Positions 1 to 8,518 of a stretch of 31,692 bases of DNA are shown piece by piece. The DNA comes from Zymomonas mobilis subsp. mobilis ATCC 10988 (GTDB lineage: Bacteria > Pseudomonadota > Alphaproteobacteria > Sphingomonadales > Sphingomonadaceae). The translations under genes were made by a program, and so were the position numbers. Below the pieces are notes generated by a model, which was not told where the DNA came from, did not search any database, and was given only the letters and a program-made list of their open reading frames with translations. Positions within the stretch are counted from its first letter, which is position 1. Each line of letters opens with the position of its first letter. The stretch is from the NCBI RefSeq assembly GCF_000175255.2, contig NC_017181.1:1-31692 (forward strand). The letters run 5' to 3'.

Positions 1-48
1 TATTTGTTTAAAATCTATTTTATAGATATTGTTTTTATAAATAAAAAA

Positions 49-930
49 TCAATTTTTTTTACGATAAGTATTAGGCAATTTACCAAATTGACGTTGAAAT
101 GCGGCACTAAAATGACTGATATTACTATATCCCAGCTGAATAGCTGTTTCAGTGACAGAGTATTTCTTCAAAAGTATTTTGGCATGCTCCATCCGATGCG
201 CCTGAAAAAGGCTATAAGGCCCGCAACCATAAATTTCCCGAAATCCTGTCTTCAGCCTTGTCGCACTAAGGCCACTATATTTGGCCAAATCAATAATTCT
301 TGGAGCAATATCTTTTCTTGAAAGCAGTAATTTATACGCCTTGTCCAAACGAGCTTTCTCGATTGTTGAAAGTGTGTTTTGTGGATGACTTTCTTGTATA
401 TGTTCAAAAGAATGACCAATCACAGCTAAGGCCATAGCGCAGCGCAAGGGCGCATTATGAAACCCTTTCTGCATAGAAAGGCATAGGCTTGTTGCCGCCT
501 TTCTTAGAGGAAGACATAGCTTGCTTTTGCGAAGAATTTTTCTTTTTGTGAAAATTTCAGTTTCCCATGAGGGTGTTTTTATATCTTCTAAAAATTCGAG
601 TGTTATATGTAATTCTAGACAGGAAAAATCATGACTAGTATTAATTTTGAATCTTGAATCTTGAAGATTAGCCATAACAATATCTTGGCTTGTTAAAATA
701 TAGATATCTTCGTCTATATGTATTTCACAACTTCCAGAAAGAATAACTAAACATCTCACAACCGAAGATGCGTTGTCAAAAACGCCTTCTACAGAACAAG
801 CATTTTCAGATGTAAACCAACTAGCGCTAAGACCACTGTGAAACTGGTTGAATACAGGATGTAACAGTGACTGCCCTACAAGATATGAGGGGTGTTTTAT
901 ATGTATATGGCTAGATCTAATATTTTTCAT
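49..930 (-). CDS. AraC-family transcriptional regulator (possibly YbtA-like siderophore-uptake regulator)
   Basis: 293-aa ORF with C-terminal double HTH typical of AraC/XylS: 'IIDLAKYSGLSATRLKTGFREIYGCGPYSLFQAHRMEHAKILLKKYSVTETAIQLGYSNISHFSAAFQRQFGKLPNTYRK'. Confidence 0.9.
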   Translation of the reverse strand: MKNIRSSHIHIKHPSYLVGQSLLHPVFNQFHSGLSASWFTSENACSVEGVFDNASSVVRCLVILSGSCEIHIDEDIYILTSQDIVMANLQDSRFKINTSHDFSCLELHITLEFLEDIKTPSWETEIFTKRKILRKSKLCLPLRKAATSLCLSMQKGFHNAPLRCAMALAVIGHSFEHIQESHPQNTLSTIEKARLDKAYKLLLSRKDIAPRIIDLAKYSGLSATRLKTGFREIYGCGPYSLFQAHRMEHAKILLKKYSVTETAIQLGYSNISHFSAAFQRQFGKLPNTYRKKN

Positions 931-1050
931 TGCTAAACATAATTTCTTCGTAAAATTATAACCCCTAATTTATTGCAAATAATTTTTATTATCAAAATAT
1001 AAATTTTATAAATTAAGACAGAAAATTAACAAAAATTTGAACTTTTAAAA

Positions 1051-1097
1051 CCAGATTAAAATAAATATCCGGTAATTAAAAATACCGGATTATTTTA
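1051..1097. repeat. Cluster 1 of dispersed ATTACCGGAT/ATCTGG repeat
   Basis: CCAGAT at 1051-1056, ATCCGGTAAT at 1067-1076, TACCGGAT at 1083-1090; overlaps the 3' end of the small gene following parA. Confidence 0.75.
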
Positions 1098-1377
1098 TGG
1101 CTATATTTTGCTTATATAATTGCCATGCCTCTTCAATAAGAACACCTTGCTGAACGCCTCTGCGCTTTGCTTCATTCGCAATTTCGATAGATGTATCTGG
1201 CATCACTTTAGCATGGACTTGCCCAGTGCGAGGGCTTGGCTTTCTCCCTCTTTTTTTTACGATTTCTCGTGAAGAAAAACCCAATTCTTCAGCAACCTGA
1301 TCTGTTTCTTTAGTCGAGGATGTTTTGGGTTGTTTTTTTAAGCGGCTTAAATCGATACTAAAAGCGTTATTACTCAC
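1090..1377 (-). CDS. Small partition-partner protein, probable ribbon-helix-helix (ParG-like)
   Basis: 95 aa; 'GRKPSPRTGQVHAKVMPDTSIEIANEAKRRGVQQGVLIEEAWQLY' resembles an RHH fold. It follows the ParA ATPase with a 4-nt overlap, the usual parA-partner order. Confidence 0.7.
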   Translation of the reverse strand: MSNNAFSIDLSRLKKQPKTSSTKETDQVAEELGFSSREIVKKRGRKPSPRTGQVHAKVMPDTSIEIANEAKRRGVQQGVLIEEAWQLYKQNIAIK

Positions 1378-2036
1378 TGGGCATCTCCAGTTAATCTTTG
1401 ATAGACAGCTTGGACAAAAAGCGAGGCGTTTTCTATCGCTTTTTCCATATTGCCCTGTTCTGGCATGCTATAGAGATCTCCACCAAATTCGAATAAAGCC
1501 GAAAAAGCTGCCCGCTCCATCAGAGGCGGTTCAATGAGATCAACACCTTGTTCTCGAAAAGACTTTTCAATGCCACTATGCTGTTTTGACTTAACCGCTT
1601 TGGTCATTGTAAAAACCAAAGCATAAGGAATGGAGCGGTCTAGTGCCTCTTCCTCTTCCTCTATTAGCTGTAAAGCTCTTGCGCCGATCGTTGCGTCAAG
1701 AGTTGTCGCACGCATAGGTATAAGCACAAGATCGGCTTGAGATATTGCTCGAGAGACTAATCGCGACGCAATGCCTTCCAAATCGACAATAATAATCTTT
1801 CCATCATTGTCATGGTTTTTAATCGTTTTAACGATTTCTGATTCCGTGACATCTGACAGAACGCGCATGCGTTGAGGCATTGTGCCGCGTTTTGACCATA
1901 TGGTTAAAGAGCGATTGGGATCGCAATCAACCATAACAACTTCAGCTCCAGCATGTGCCAGTCCTGTTCCCAACAGGACTGCTGTTGTTGATTTTCCGGC
2001 ACCTCCTTTGGGGGATGCAACCACAACAGTAGGCAT
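1374..2036 (-). CDS. parA: ParA/ParF-type plasmid partition ATPase
   Basis: 220 aa with deviant Walker A 'SPKGGAGKSTTAVLLGTGLAHAGAEVVMVDCDPNRS'; small size without an N-terminal HTH, as in type Ib. Confidence 0.92.
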   Translation of the reverse strand: MPTVVVASPKGGAGKSTTAVLLGTGLAHAGAEVVMVDCDPNRSLTIWSKRGTMPQRMRVLSDVTESEIVKTIKNHDNDGKIIIVDLEGIASRLVSRAISQADLVLIPMRATTLDATIGARALQLIEEEEEALDRSIPYALVFTMTKAVKSKQHSGIEKSFREQGVDLIEPPLMERAAFSALFEFGGDLYSMPEQGNMEKAIENASLFVQAVYQRLTGDAQ

Positions 2037-2054
2037 AATATGACCCTTTTAAAA

Positions 2055-2098
2055 TTATCTGGTATTTATATTAACCGGATAATTTAAATTATCCAATA
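2055..2098. repeat. Cluster 2 of dispersed repeat, in the parA/SDR divergent intergenic region
   Basis: ATCTGGTA at 2057-2064, TTAACCGGATAAT at 2071-2083, ATTATCCAAT at 2088-2097. Confidence 0.7.
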
Positions 2099-2177
2099 AT
2101 AAATGATTTTCAAACCATTTTGATGATAGGCATAATATACTTCGAGGATGAGGCCTAAGAAGTAAGGAATAATACGA

Positions 2178-2909
2178 ATGACGAAACCGGTCGCTATTAT
2201 CACAGGCGGAAGTCGCGGTATAGGAGCCGCCATTGCTCAAAAATTAGCTCATGATGGCTTCGACATAGCTATCTCTTTTGCAAGAAGTGCTACCCAAGCC
2301 AATGCAATTTGTCAAAAAATAGAAGCCTTGGGATGCAAGGCTTTATCTATTCAAGCTGATGGCTCAACAGTAGAAGGCAATAAAAAAGTTATATCAGAAA
2401 CAGCCAAACATTTTGGTCGTGTGGATGTTTTGGTCTGCAATGCAGGAATGTTTTCTTATAAAAATATAGATCAGGTAAGCGTTGATGATATCAACGATAT
2501 GCTTAACCTTAATCTTCGTTCTGTCATGGTCGAAGTATCCGAAGCTGTGCGTCATTTGCCATCTGGTGGTCGTATCATCTTGATTGGTTCAACATTTGCA
2601 GGTCGAGCCCCCTTTGCTGGCATTTCTTTATACTCGGCTGCCAAGGCTGGCTTACGAGGCTTTGCCAAAGGCGTTGCGCGTGATCTTGGTCAAAAAGCTA
2701 TAACGATCAATGTCATTGAACCCGGTCCTATCAATACGGATATGAATCCGGCAGATGGCGAAGCCTTTGATTTAATTTCTTCTTTTACAGCGACGAAAGA
2801 CTACGGCCAAGTGGATGATATCGCCCGCACAGTTTCTTTTTTAGCTAGCTCGGAATCCGGTAATATTACCGGCGCAGCTATTGCTGTTGATGGTGGTCTG
2901 CAAGCCTAA
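2178..2909 (+). CDS. Short-chain dehydrogenase/reductase (SDR), FabG-like
   Basis: N-terminal 'VAIITGGSRGIGAAIAQKLA' (TGxxxGxG), 'VCNAG', 'YSAAKAGLRGFAKGVARDL' (YxxxK), C-terminal 'NITGAAIAVDGG'. Confidence 0.93.
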   Translation: MTKPVAIITGGSRGIGAAIAQKLAHDGFDIAISFARSATQANAICQKIEALGCKALSIQADGSTVEGNKKVISETAKHFGRVDVLVCNAGMFSYKNIDQVSVDDINDMLNLNLRSVMVEVSEAVRHLPSGGRIILIGSTFAGRAPFAGISLYSAAKAGLRGFAKGVARDLGQKAITINVIEPGPINTDMNPADGEAFDLISSFTATKDYGQVDDIARTVSFLASSESGNITGAAIAVDGGLQA

Positions 2910-2919
2910 AACCTTAATA

Positions 2920-2963
2920 AATTACCGGATATTTTAAAATATCCGGTAATTATAAATATCTGG
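2920..2963. repeat. Cluster 3 of dispersed repeat, containing a 32-bp perfect palindrome (2920-2951)
   Basis: AATTACCGGATATTTTAAAATATCCGGTAATT equals its own reverse complement; ATCTGG at 2958-2963 followed by a T run. Lies between convergent genes. Confidence 0.85.
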
Positions 2964-3006
2964 TTTTTTGAAAAATCTTTTAAAAACAGTGCGTTAAAAA
3001 TATTTT

Positions 3007-5247
3007 TTAGAGATCTGCCGTAATTGAAAATTTAAAAGTCTGTGGGGCGCCCATAATCAAATTGCTTTGATAAACGGAATCCCAATAGCGTTGATTGCCA
3101 ACATTATCTATTTCGATCCGTGCAGTAAGCGGCTTATTGCGAACAAGGAAGGTGTATCGCGCTCCCAAATCAAACCTTGACCATGCAGGTAGATGAGCGG
3201 TGTTTGCATTGTTAAATTGTTGCTTTCCTGTGCTGACTACTCGCCCAACAAAGGTCAGACCTTTGACAAAGGGAATATCATATTCGAGATTCCCATTAAT
3301 CGTATAATCTGGAACGCCAATCACGGTTTTTCCGTCGTAACTGCCTCCCGAACTTCGTATCTGTTTGGCATCAATCAGAGTTAGACCGCCATTAAATCGT
3401 AACCCGCGCCAAATTTTTCCATTAAATGTTAGCTCCATACCGCGGTTACGTTGTTTCCCGTCTTGGGTATAAATTAACAAGCCTGTATCCCCATAGGATT
3501 CTACCATCCCATAAGGCATTGCTGTCTGGTAAAAGGAGACGCTGGCAGAAAAACGGCCAATGTCATATTTTGCTCCGACTTCATACTGTGTGCTTTGATA
3601 GGGGGCAAAAGTCTGACCTGCATTAACATAGCTTGCTCCTACCGTTGTGCCTGCGGAAAGGCCTTGGATACGATTAAAATATACAGCAAAATATTTTATT
3701 GGATGAACCACTAATCCGACAACCGGAGAAATAACGCCCGATTCATACTGTGATTGAAGTTTACCTGTGCCATAAGCATAGGAATTGGACAGGATGTTTT
3801 GATAACGGAACCCGCCGGTGAGAGAAATGCGGTCATCCCAGAAATTCATCGTATCAGAAAAAAACAAACTATAGAGCTTGTTCATGGAAACTCGTCCCGG
3901 ATTTTTCATATTACCACTGGCATAGGTTTCATTCGGGGTAAATTGGATAGGGTTATAAATATTCCCTGCTTGGCCGACCAAACTCATGGCATAGGCAGCA
4001 TAGGATTCTTCCCAAATAGCGGATCCTCCTGCATTGATTTCATGCTTGATAAAGCCGGTTTTGAAATGGGCGCGAACACCGGCTTGAGTTGACTTATTAA
4101 GGACATTATAGGCCGTAGCCATCGCACCAACGCTTCCATCTCCTGTGTAAGAATTTTTTAAAGTCGTGGTGGCATAATTGCCTATTTCCTGACCACTCTG
4201 CGCTCCGAATTTACCATAAAGAGTGATATGGTCTCCAAAATCATGCTCTATATTCAGTGTACCGAATAAATAAGATAAATCGGTATAAGCCCATTTCTGT
4301 CCCCAATTTTTTGATGGAGAAGTCGTCTTTGGAACGGGCATATCTGTTCCAAGGCTGGAAACGATAATAGAACTACGCCCCCCAAAAACCTGTTGTTTCT
4401 GGTAGTTCATATTCATATCTATCCGCGTATCTTCATTATGCCAGTCAAAAGCACCGGCAATAGCAATATCGTCACGGCGTTCTCCTTTAATCGCTGTTCG
4501 ACCATTCATGCCTGCCGCATTAAAACGGAATCCATAAGCACGATCCTGACCAAATCTTCGACTTATATCGACCGCACCGCCACCTTGGCCATTACTGGTA
4601 TAATCGCCGGTAACCCGTGTTATATCTGTTGATGTCGCACGTTTGGGGACAAGATTAACATTACCGCCAATAGCGGATCCGCCGGGAGCCGCTCCATTTA
4701 AAAAAGCACTGGCGCCATTTAAAACTTGCACGGAGTCATAGAGCTGTGGAGAAACAAGCTGACGAGGTGTTACGCCATATAATCCATCAATCGCCACATC
4801 ATCACCATACAGGGTAAAACCCCGAATCTGGAAAAGCTGGGCATAATTTCCATATCCTGTTGTCGTCCTGACCGTTGGGTCATTAAGAAGAACTTCACCC
4901 AAGGTTTGAGCCTGCTGGTTCAAAATGAGGCTAGAATTATAACTGCGAATATTGAAGGGAACATCAAGGCCTTTTTTGTTGCCCAAGGCGCCCAAATCCC
5001 CACCACTTGATACATACATTCGATTGTTGCGAGAAGCTGTTACAATAAGATCTTCTTGTTTGGTAACGGCCGGAACGGTTTCTTCTTTTTTAAGATCAGA
5101 TGCTTTTGAAGAAAATAGAAGCGCATTGTTTCTGCTTTGTGATGTAGAATTTTCTGCCCATGCAGGGGTCGAAAGGAACACTGTTCCCATACCGGAAAGC
5201 AAACTGGATAGTCCGATGGTGTTCAGACAAAGCGCTCGAAAATTCAT
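3007..5247 (-). CDS. TonB-dependent siderophore receptor (outer membrane)
   Basis: Plug domain 'FNIRSYNSSLILNQQAQTLGEVLLNDPTVRTTTGYGNYAQLFQIRGFTLYGDDVAIDGLYGV', 'GSAIGGNVNLVPKRA', terminal beta strand 'MGAPQTFKFSITADL'. ORF is open to 5313; an ATG at 5247 gives a plausible start with a signal-like N-terminus. Confidence 0.93.
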   Translation of the reverse strand: MNFRALCLNTIGLSSLLSGMGTVFLSTPAWAENSTSQSRNNALLFSSKASDLKKEETVPAVTKQEDLIVTASRNNRMYVSSGGDLGALGNKKGLDVPFNIRSYNSSLILNQQAQTLGEVLLNDPTVRTTTGYGNYAQLFQIRGFTLYGDDVAIDGLYGVTPRQLVSPQLYDSVQVLNGASAFLNGAAPGGSAIGGNVNLVPKRATSTDITRVTGDYTSNGQGGGAVDISRRFGQDRAYGFRFNAAGMNGRTAIKGERRDDIAIAGAFDWHNEDTRIDMNMNYQKQQVFGGRSSIIVSSLGTDMPVPKTTSPSKNWGQKWAYTDLSYLFGTLNIEHDFGDHITLYGKFGAQSGQEIGNYATTTLKNSYTGDGSVGAMATAYNVLNKSTQAGVRAHFKTGFIKHEINAGGSAIWEESYAAYAMSLVGQAGNIYNPIQFTPNETYASGNMKNPGRVSMNKLYSLFFSDTMNFWDDRISLTGGFRYQNILSNSYAYGTGKLQSQYESGVISPVVGLVVHPIKYFAVYFNRIQGLSAGTTVGASYVNAGQTFAPYQSTQYEVGAKYDIGRFSASVSFYQTAMPYGMVESYGDTGLLIYTQDGKQRNRGMELTFNGKIWRGLRFNGGLTLIDAKQIRSSGGSYDGKTVIGVPDYTINGNLEYDIPFVKGLTFVGRVVSTGKQQFNNANTAHLPAWSRFDLGARYTFLVRNKPLTARIEIDNVGNQRYWDSVYQSNLIMGAPQTFKFSITADL

Positions 5248-5409
5248 AACAAAACCCACCTGATAGCCCTTTTTTGAAACGCATATCTTATTGGTAATAA
5301 TTTTCAATAGCACTTAATGATATTTAACTATTGGGTTATGATATATCATCAATTTAAATAATTATTATAATGAAACTGTAAAATCAGGCTGTTATGGATA
5401 TTAAAATTT

Positions 5410-5453
5410 ATCTGGTTTTTTAAATTACCGGATAAATAAAATAATCGGGTAAT
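5410..5453. repeat. Cluster 4 of dispersed repeat, upstream of the TonB receptor gene and downstream of the toxin gene
   Basis: ATCTGG at 5410-5415, ATTACCGGAT at 5424-5433, ATCGGGTAAT at 5444-5453. Confidence 0.75.
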
Positions 5454-5479
5454 CTTATATTTCGGACGCTTTTATGGCT

Positions 5480-5752
5480 CTACCCAAATAGTTCAGAATG
5501 GCTTCCCAAACGTACTAATTGAACATAATCATCGCCATTCTTCATATAAATTAGCACTAAATCCGGTTTTACATGGCAATCTCTAAAGCCAAGCCAATTA
5601 CCTGAAAGGGCATGATCTCTATATCTTGGCGGGAGTTCCAAATCTTGACAAAGGCAGTTTAAAATTTCTGCCCATGCGGGGGTAACAAACTCTAGAAAAT
5701 TCTTTTTAGCGTCTTTTTTGAATTGTTTTTCAAGCAAGACCTTACGCATCAT
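5480..5752 (-). CDS. yafQ: YafQ/RelE-superfamily mRNA interferase toxin
   Basis: 90 aa; 'RYRDHALSGNWLGFRDCHVKPDLVLIYMKNGDDYVQLVRLGSHSELF' matches the YafQ C-terminal signature (RDCHxxPDLxLIY...RxGSHSxLF). Overlaps the antitoxin gene. Confidence 0.88.
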   Translation of the reverse strand: MMRKVLLEKQFKKDAKKNFLEFVTPAWAEILNCLCQDLELPPRYRDHALSGNWLGFRDCHVKPDLVLIYMKNGDDYVQLVRLGSHSELFG

Positions 5753-6023
5753 GGTTCTCTTGTAATACTTTCAAGGCCTCTGCTGCCGTAAAGGCTTCCG
5801 AAAAATCAGTGCGCCTTAATGCCTCCAGCATCGCTTTTTGTGTGGTCGTATTGGGCTCATCTTTAGCATAATCGAAAGATAGCGGAATCGTTTTGGTCTC
5901 GGCCACTTGATTTAAAAATAACTTAAATGCCTGCGCTGCGCTTAATCCATAACGCTCTAATACCGGAAAGGCTCGATCCCGCAAATCCTGATCCAATCGC
6001 AGATTGAAACTTGTTGTCGCCAT
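5742..6023 (-). CDS. dinJ: RelB/DinJ-family antitoxin
   Basis: 93 aa; 'TSFNLRLDQDLRDRAFPVLERYGLSAAQAFKLFLNQVAETKTIPL' is the RHH N-terminus of RelB/DinJ; immediately upstream of and overlapping the YafQ-like gene by 11 nt. Confidence 0.87.
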   Translation of the reverse strand: MATTSFNLRLDQDLRDRAFPVLERYGLSAAQAFKLFLNQVAETKTIPLSFDYAKDEPNTTTQKAMLEALRRTDFSEAFTAAEALKVLQENHDA

Positions 6024-6085
6024 TTTTACACCTATTGATATACATTCATCATATATTTGCTACCAATAATACGCTGAATGTATAC

Positions 6086-6410
6086 TTATTTCAAATAAGA
6101 ATCACTGTATGATAGTCGTTTTTCAATAAAAGCTAGCATCCATTCAATGCATGAATAGACTGTATGAAATTCCGACCATTCCGCATGGAGGCCATCCATC
6201 AGAGATTGAGTGCTGTCGAATTTTTTTAATTTACTGGCGCGTGCGTCTGTCATAGCAATCAATGTCTTTTTGTTTGGAATCAAAGGATCAAAAGGCAGAG
6301 CTTTTTCTTGAACGACTTTTATCAGGCATCATGCGGACAGCATCAGATGCAGTCAGACCAAGGCTTTTGAAGAAAGCAGACGCTTCCTGTTTTAAGCCGA
6401 TGTGTCGCAT
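6086..6410 (-). pseudogene. Frameshifted second RelB/DinJ-type antitoxin relic
   Basis: Minus-strand translation from 6410: 'MRHIGLKQEASAFFKSLGLTASDAVRMM...'. After a frame change the annotated ORF 6086-6283 and the in-frame sequence just upstream read 'ALPFDPLIPNKKTLIAMTDARASKLKKFDSTQSLMDGLHAEW', matching the two halves of a RelB/DinJ protein. Confidence 0.65.
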
Positions 6411-6518
6411 AGAATAACTAAGGCAGGGCGCTCTCTATAAAATCATGGACGCGGCATTCGGAAATTTCTCTGAATAACCAACATGTTAGGAATATTAGTT
6501 ATTCAGGAAGAGATGATA

Positions 6519-6983
6519 TTAAATCTCAGTATGGAATATCTGCGGTTGCGTCATCACAATAGGTAGTCTTTGCGCAAGCGATGATGCTATTTTTTGTTTA
6601 AGATTCCATGAGTCTGGGCTTCCGATTTCCATCGGAGCTAACAAACCAAGCAGCATTTTTCGGAGTTCTGTTTGAGTAGGTAATTTTACCGAGGCTTCCG
6701 TGCATTTTGCCTCAGTAATATTCTTTATTACCGAAGGCGTTGGATGATCTTCAAACGCGGCTGCTACAAAAGTTACCCATTCTGGGATACCCTTTGTCTG
6801 TCTATTTTCGAATGCAGATATAGTTTGCTGTTTTATATCTGATATTTTGCCACGAGCTTCTGCCGAGAGTTTGGCTTCTTTTGCTAATCTATTAGCACTC
6901 CATCCGCGAGAATTTCTTTCCTCACGGAGCCATTGCCGCACCTTTTCGATCTTTGTTGTTTCAGATGATGCATGTCTCGTCAT
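6519..6983 (-). CDS. HTH-like (XRE-like) DNA-binding protein, tandem paralogue 1
   Basis: 154 aa; 'VRQWLREERNSRGWSANRLAKEAKLSAEARGKISDIKQQTISAFENRQTKGIPEWVTFVAAAFED', conserved C-terminus 'LRKMLLGLLAPMEIGSPDSWNLKQKIASSLAQRLP'. Confidence 0.7.
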   Translation of the reverse strand: MTRHASSETTKIEKVRQWLREERNSRGWSANRLAKEAKLSAEARGKISDIKQQTISAFENRQTKGIPEWVTFVAAAFEDHPTPSVIKNITEAKCTEASVKLPTQTELRKMLLGLLAPMEIGSPDSWNLKQKIASSLAQRLPIVMTQPQIFHTEI

Positions 6984-7008
6984 AATATCTATTTATACCA
7001 AAAAGATA

Positions 7009-7518
7009 TTACTGAAACAAACTTATCTGTTCTAAGCCTTTTGGTAAGTGTTTTGCTAATACATTAGCAATTTGATGTTTTGATTCCAGAGAGACATCTG
7101 TCTCAACTGGAATAAGCAGTCCTAATAGCAAGTTTCTTAAAGCCTGTTGGTCAGGTATTTTTATTTTTTTTGAGCAAGTTTTAGTAATATTATGATTTTT
7201 TTGAGTAGTTTCTTCAATCTTTAATTCTTTGGAGGTTTCCAAACCAGCAATAGATACAGACGAGACCTCATTGATTGGGTTGTCTAGGAAAGATGCATTA
7301 ACATACTCAATCCAGTATGGAATGCTTTTTAATCTTCCCAGTTCTAACGCAGAAATTGACTGCTGTTTCAGATGTAAATCTACACCACGGTTTTTTGCAG
7401 CTTTACAAGCTTCTTGCGCTAAACGTGCAGCTGTCCAGTTGCGTAAGCACCGTTCTCTACGCATAGACTGGCGCATGGCCTCGAGTCTTTGGAATTCTTC
7501 TGGTGGAATTATTGTCAT
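7009..7518 (-). CDS. HTH-like (XRE-like) DNA-binding protein, tandem paralogue 2
   Basis: 169 aa; 'MRQSMRRERCLRNWTAARLAQEACKAAKNRGVDLHLKQQSISALELGRLKSIPYWIEYVNASFLDNP', C-terminus 'LRNLLLGLLIPVETDVSLESKHQIANVLAKHLPKG'. Confidence 0.7.
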   Translation of the reverse strand: MTIIPPEEFQRLEAMRQSMRRERCLRNWTAARLAQEACKAAKNRGVDLHLKQQSISALELGRLKSIPYWIEYVNASFLDNPINEVSSVSIAGLETSKELKIEETTQKNHNITKTCSKKIKIPDQQALRNLLLGLLIPVETDVSLESKHQIANVLAKHLPKGLEQISLFQ

Positions 7519-7545
7519 AAAAGCTGTGATTATGCCAAAAGAATA

Positions 7546-8022
7546 CTATTCAAACAAAGATTGGCCGTGTTTTACCCCAATAGGCAATCTTTGAGAGAGA
7601 ATATCAGCAAGTTGTAATTTCGACTCCAGAGAATTCCCAATTTCTATCGGCCCTAGCAGTCCAATCAGAATTTTTTTTAATAGCGGGGGTTCCGGTAGTG
7701 CTAGAACCTTATCACACTCTTTTTTAAGGGCCTCACTTTTTTCATTTTGCGGTACTGATTGAAAACCTTCAATCTCAACAGGATTATCTTCAAATGCGTA
7801 TAATACGTATTTAGCCCAGACTGGTTCACTTTTCATTCTGCCAGTCTCGAGCGAGGTAATAGAGTATAACTTTAATTTTAGATCAATGCCCCGACGTTTA
7901 GCTGCTTTATTGGCCTCATCAGCCAGCTGTCGAGCTGTCCAATCGCGCATGCAGCGTTGTTGGCGAATGTTGAGTCTCAGTCGTTCTAATCTCTCAAATT
8001 CTATTTTGGGCATTATCGTCAT
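7546..8022 (-). CDS. HTH-like (XRE-like) DNA-binding protein, tandem paralogue 3
   Basis: 158 aa; 'LRLNIRQQRCMRDWTARQLADEANKAAKRRGIDLKLKLYSITSLETGRMKSEPVWAKYVLYAFEDNP', C-terminus 'LLKKILIGLLGPIEIGNSLESKLQLADILSQRLPIG'. Confidence 0.7.
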   Translation of the reverse strand: MTIMPKIEFERLERLRLNIRQQRCMRDWTARQLADEANKAAKRRGIDLKLKLYSITSLETGRMKSEPVWAKYVLYAFEDNPVEIEGFQSVPQNEKSEALKKECDKVLALPEPPLLKKILIGLLGPIEIGNSLESKLQLADILSQRLPIGVKHGQSLFE

Positions 8023-8107
8023 GCCTAAATTTTAGGCTAATCTATATAACTAGACATTAATAAAATCGATAGATTTTGTGATTTTTAGATAAAAGTAGTT
8101 GAATTTT

Positions 8108-8310
8108 ATGATTAATCATCATAAAAAATGATTCGTCGATATTTATTTTCTGAAATGATGTGTGCGGAGCCTGATGTGTTATGGATTTTTTATTGAAAAA
8201 GAATATTAATCTCCCAAATACACAGTTTTTTTTCAGAAAAACACATGATGTGATCAATCTTAATGAATCTAAAGATTCTTAAAATGATTCGTTCATCATA
8301 TTTTCTTATA
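8108..8310. other. AT-rich repeat-bearing region, candidate replication/regulatory region
   Basis: 12-bp palindrome ATGATTAATCAT (8108-8119); imperfect direct copies AAAATGATTCGTCGATATTTATTTTCT (about 8126) and AAAATGATTCGTTCATCATATTTTCTTAT (8281-8309). Sits between the HTH cluster and the rightward rep module. Confidence 0.3.
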
Positions 8311-8518
8311 AAAAATATAAATAGATTCGCAACATCTGTTTTTTTTATAAAAAATAAATCTGCGCTTTTGAGGAAGGTCATTACATCAACTCTTAAAAAT
8401 GGGGGATGTAATTACCGTTTCTTATTGCAAATGACCTTTCTGCGCTCTGCACATGAGCGAAATTCTTTCAAAGTTTCTCTGAACTCTCCTCAATCATCAA
8501 AGCCGAAGTTGTGTCAAA

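Noticed and set aside
3754-4092. 112-aa plus-strand ORF antisense to the TonB receptor
   Set aside because: Overlaps a convincing CDS on the opposite strand, no recognisable domain.
5351-5379. Possible Fur box upstream of the first TonB receptor (AATTTAAATAATTATTATAATGAAAC)
   Set aside because: Match is mostly generic A/T richness; not distinguishable from background in this AT-rich region.
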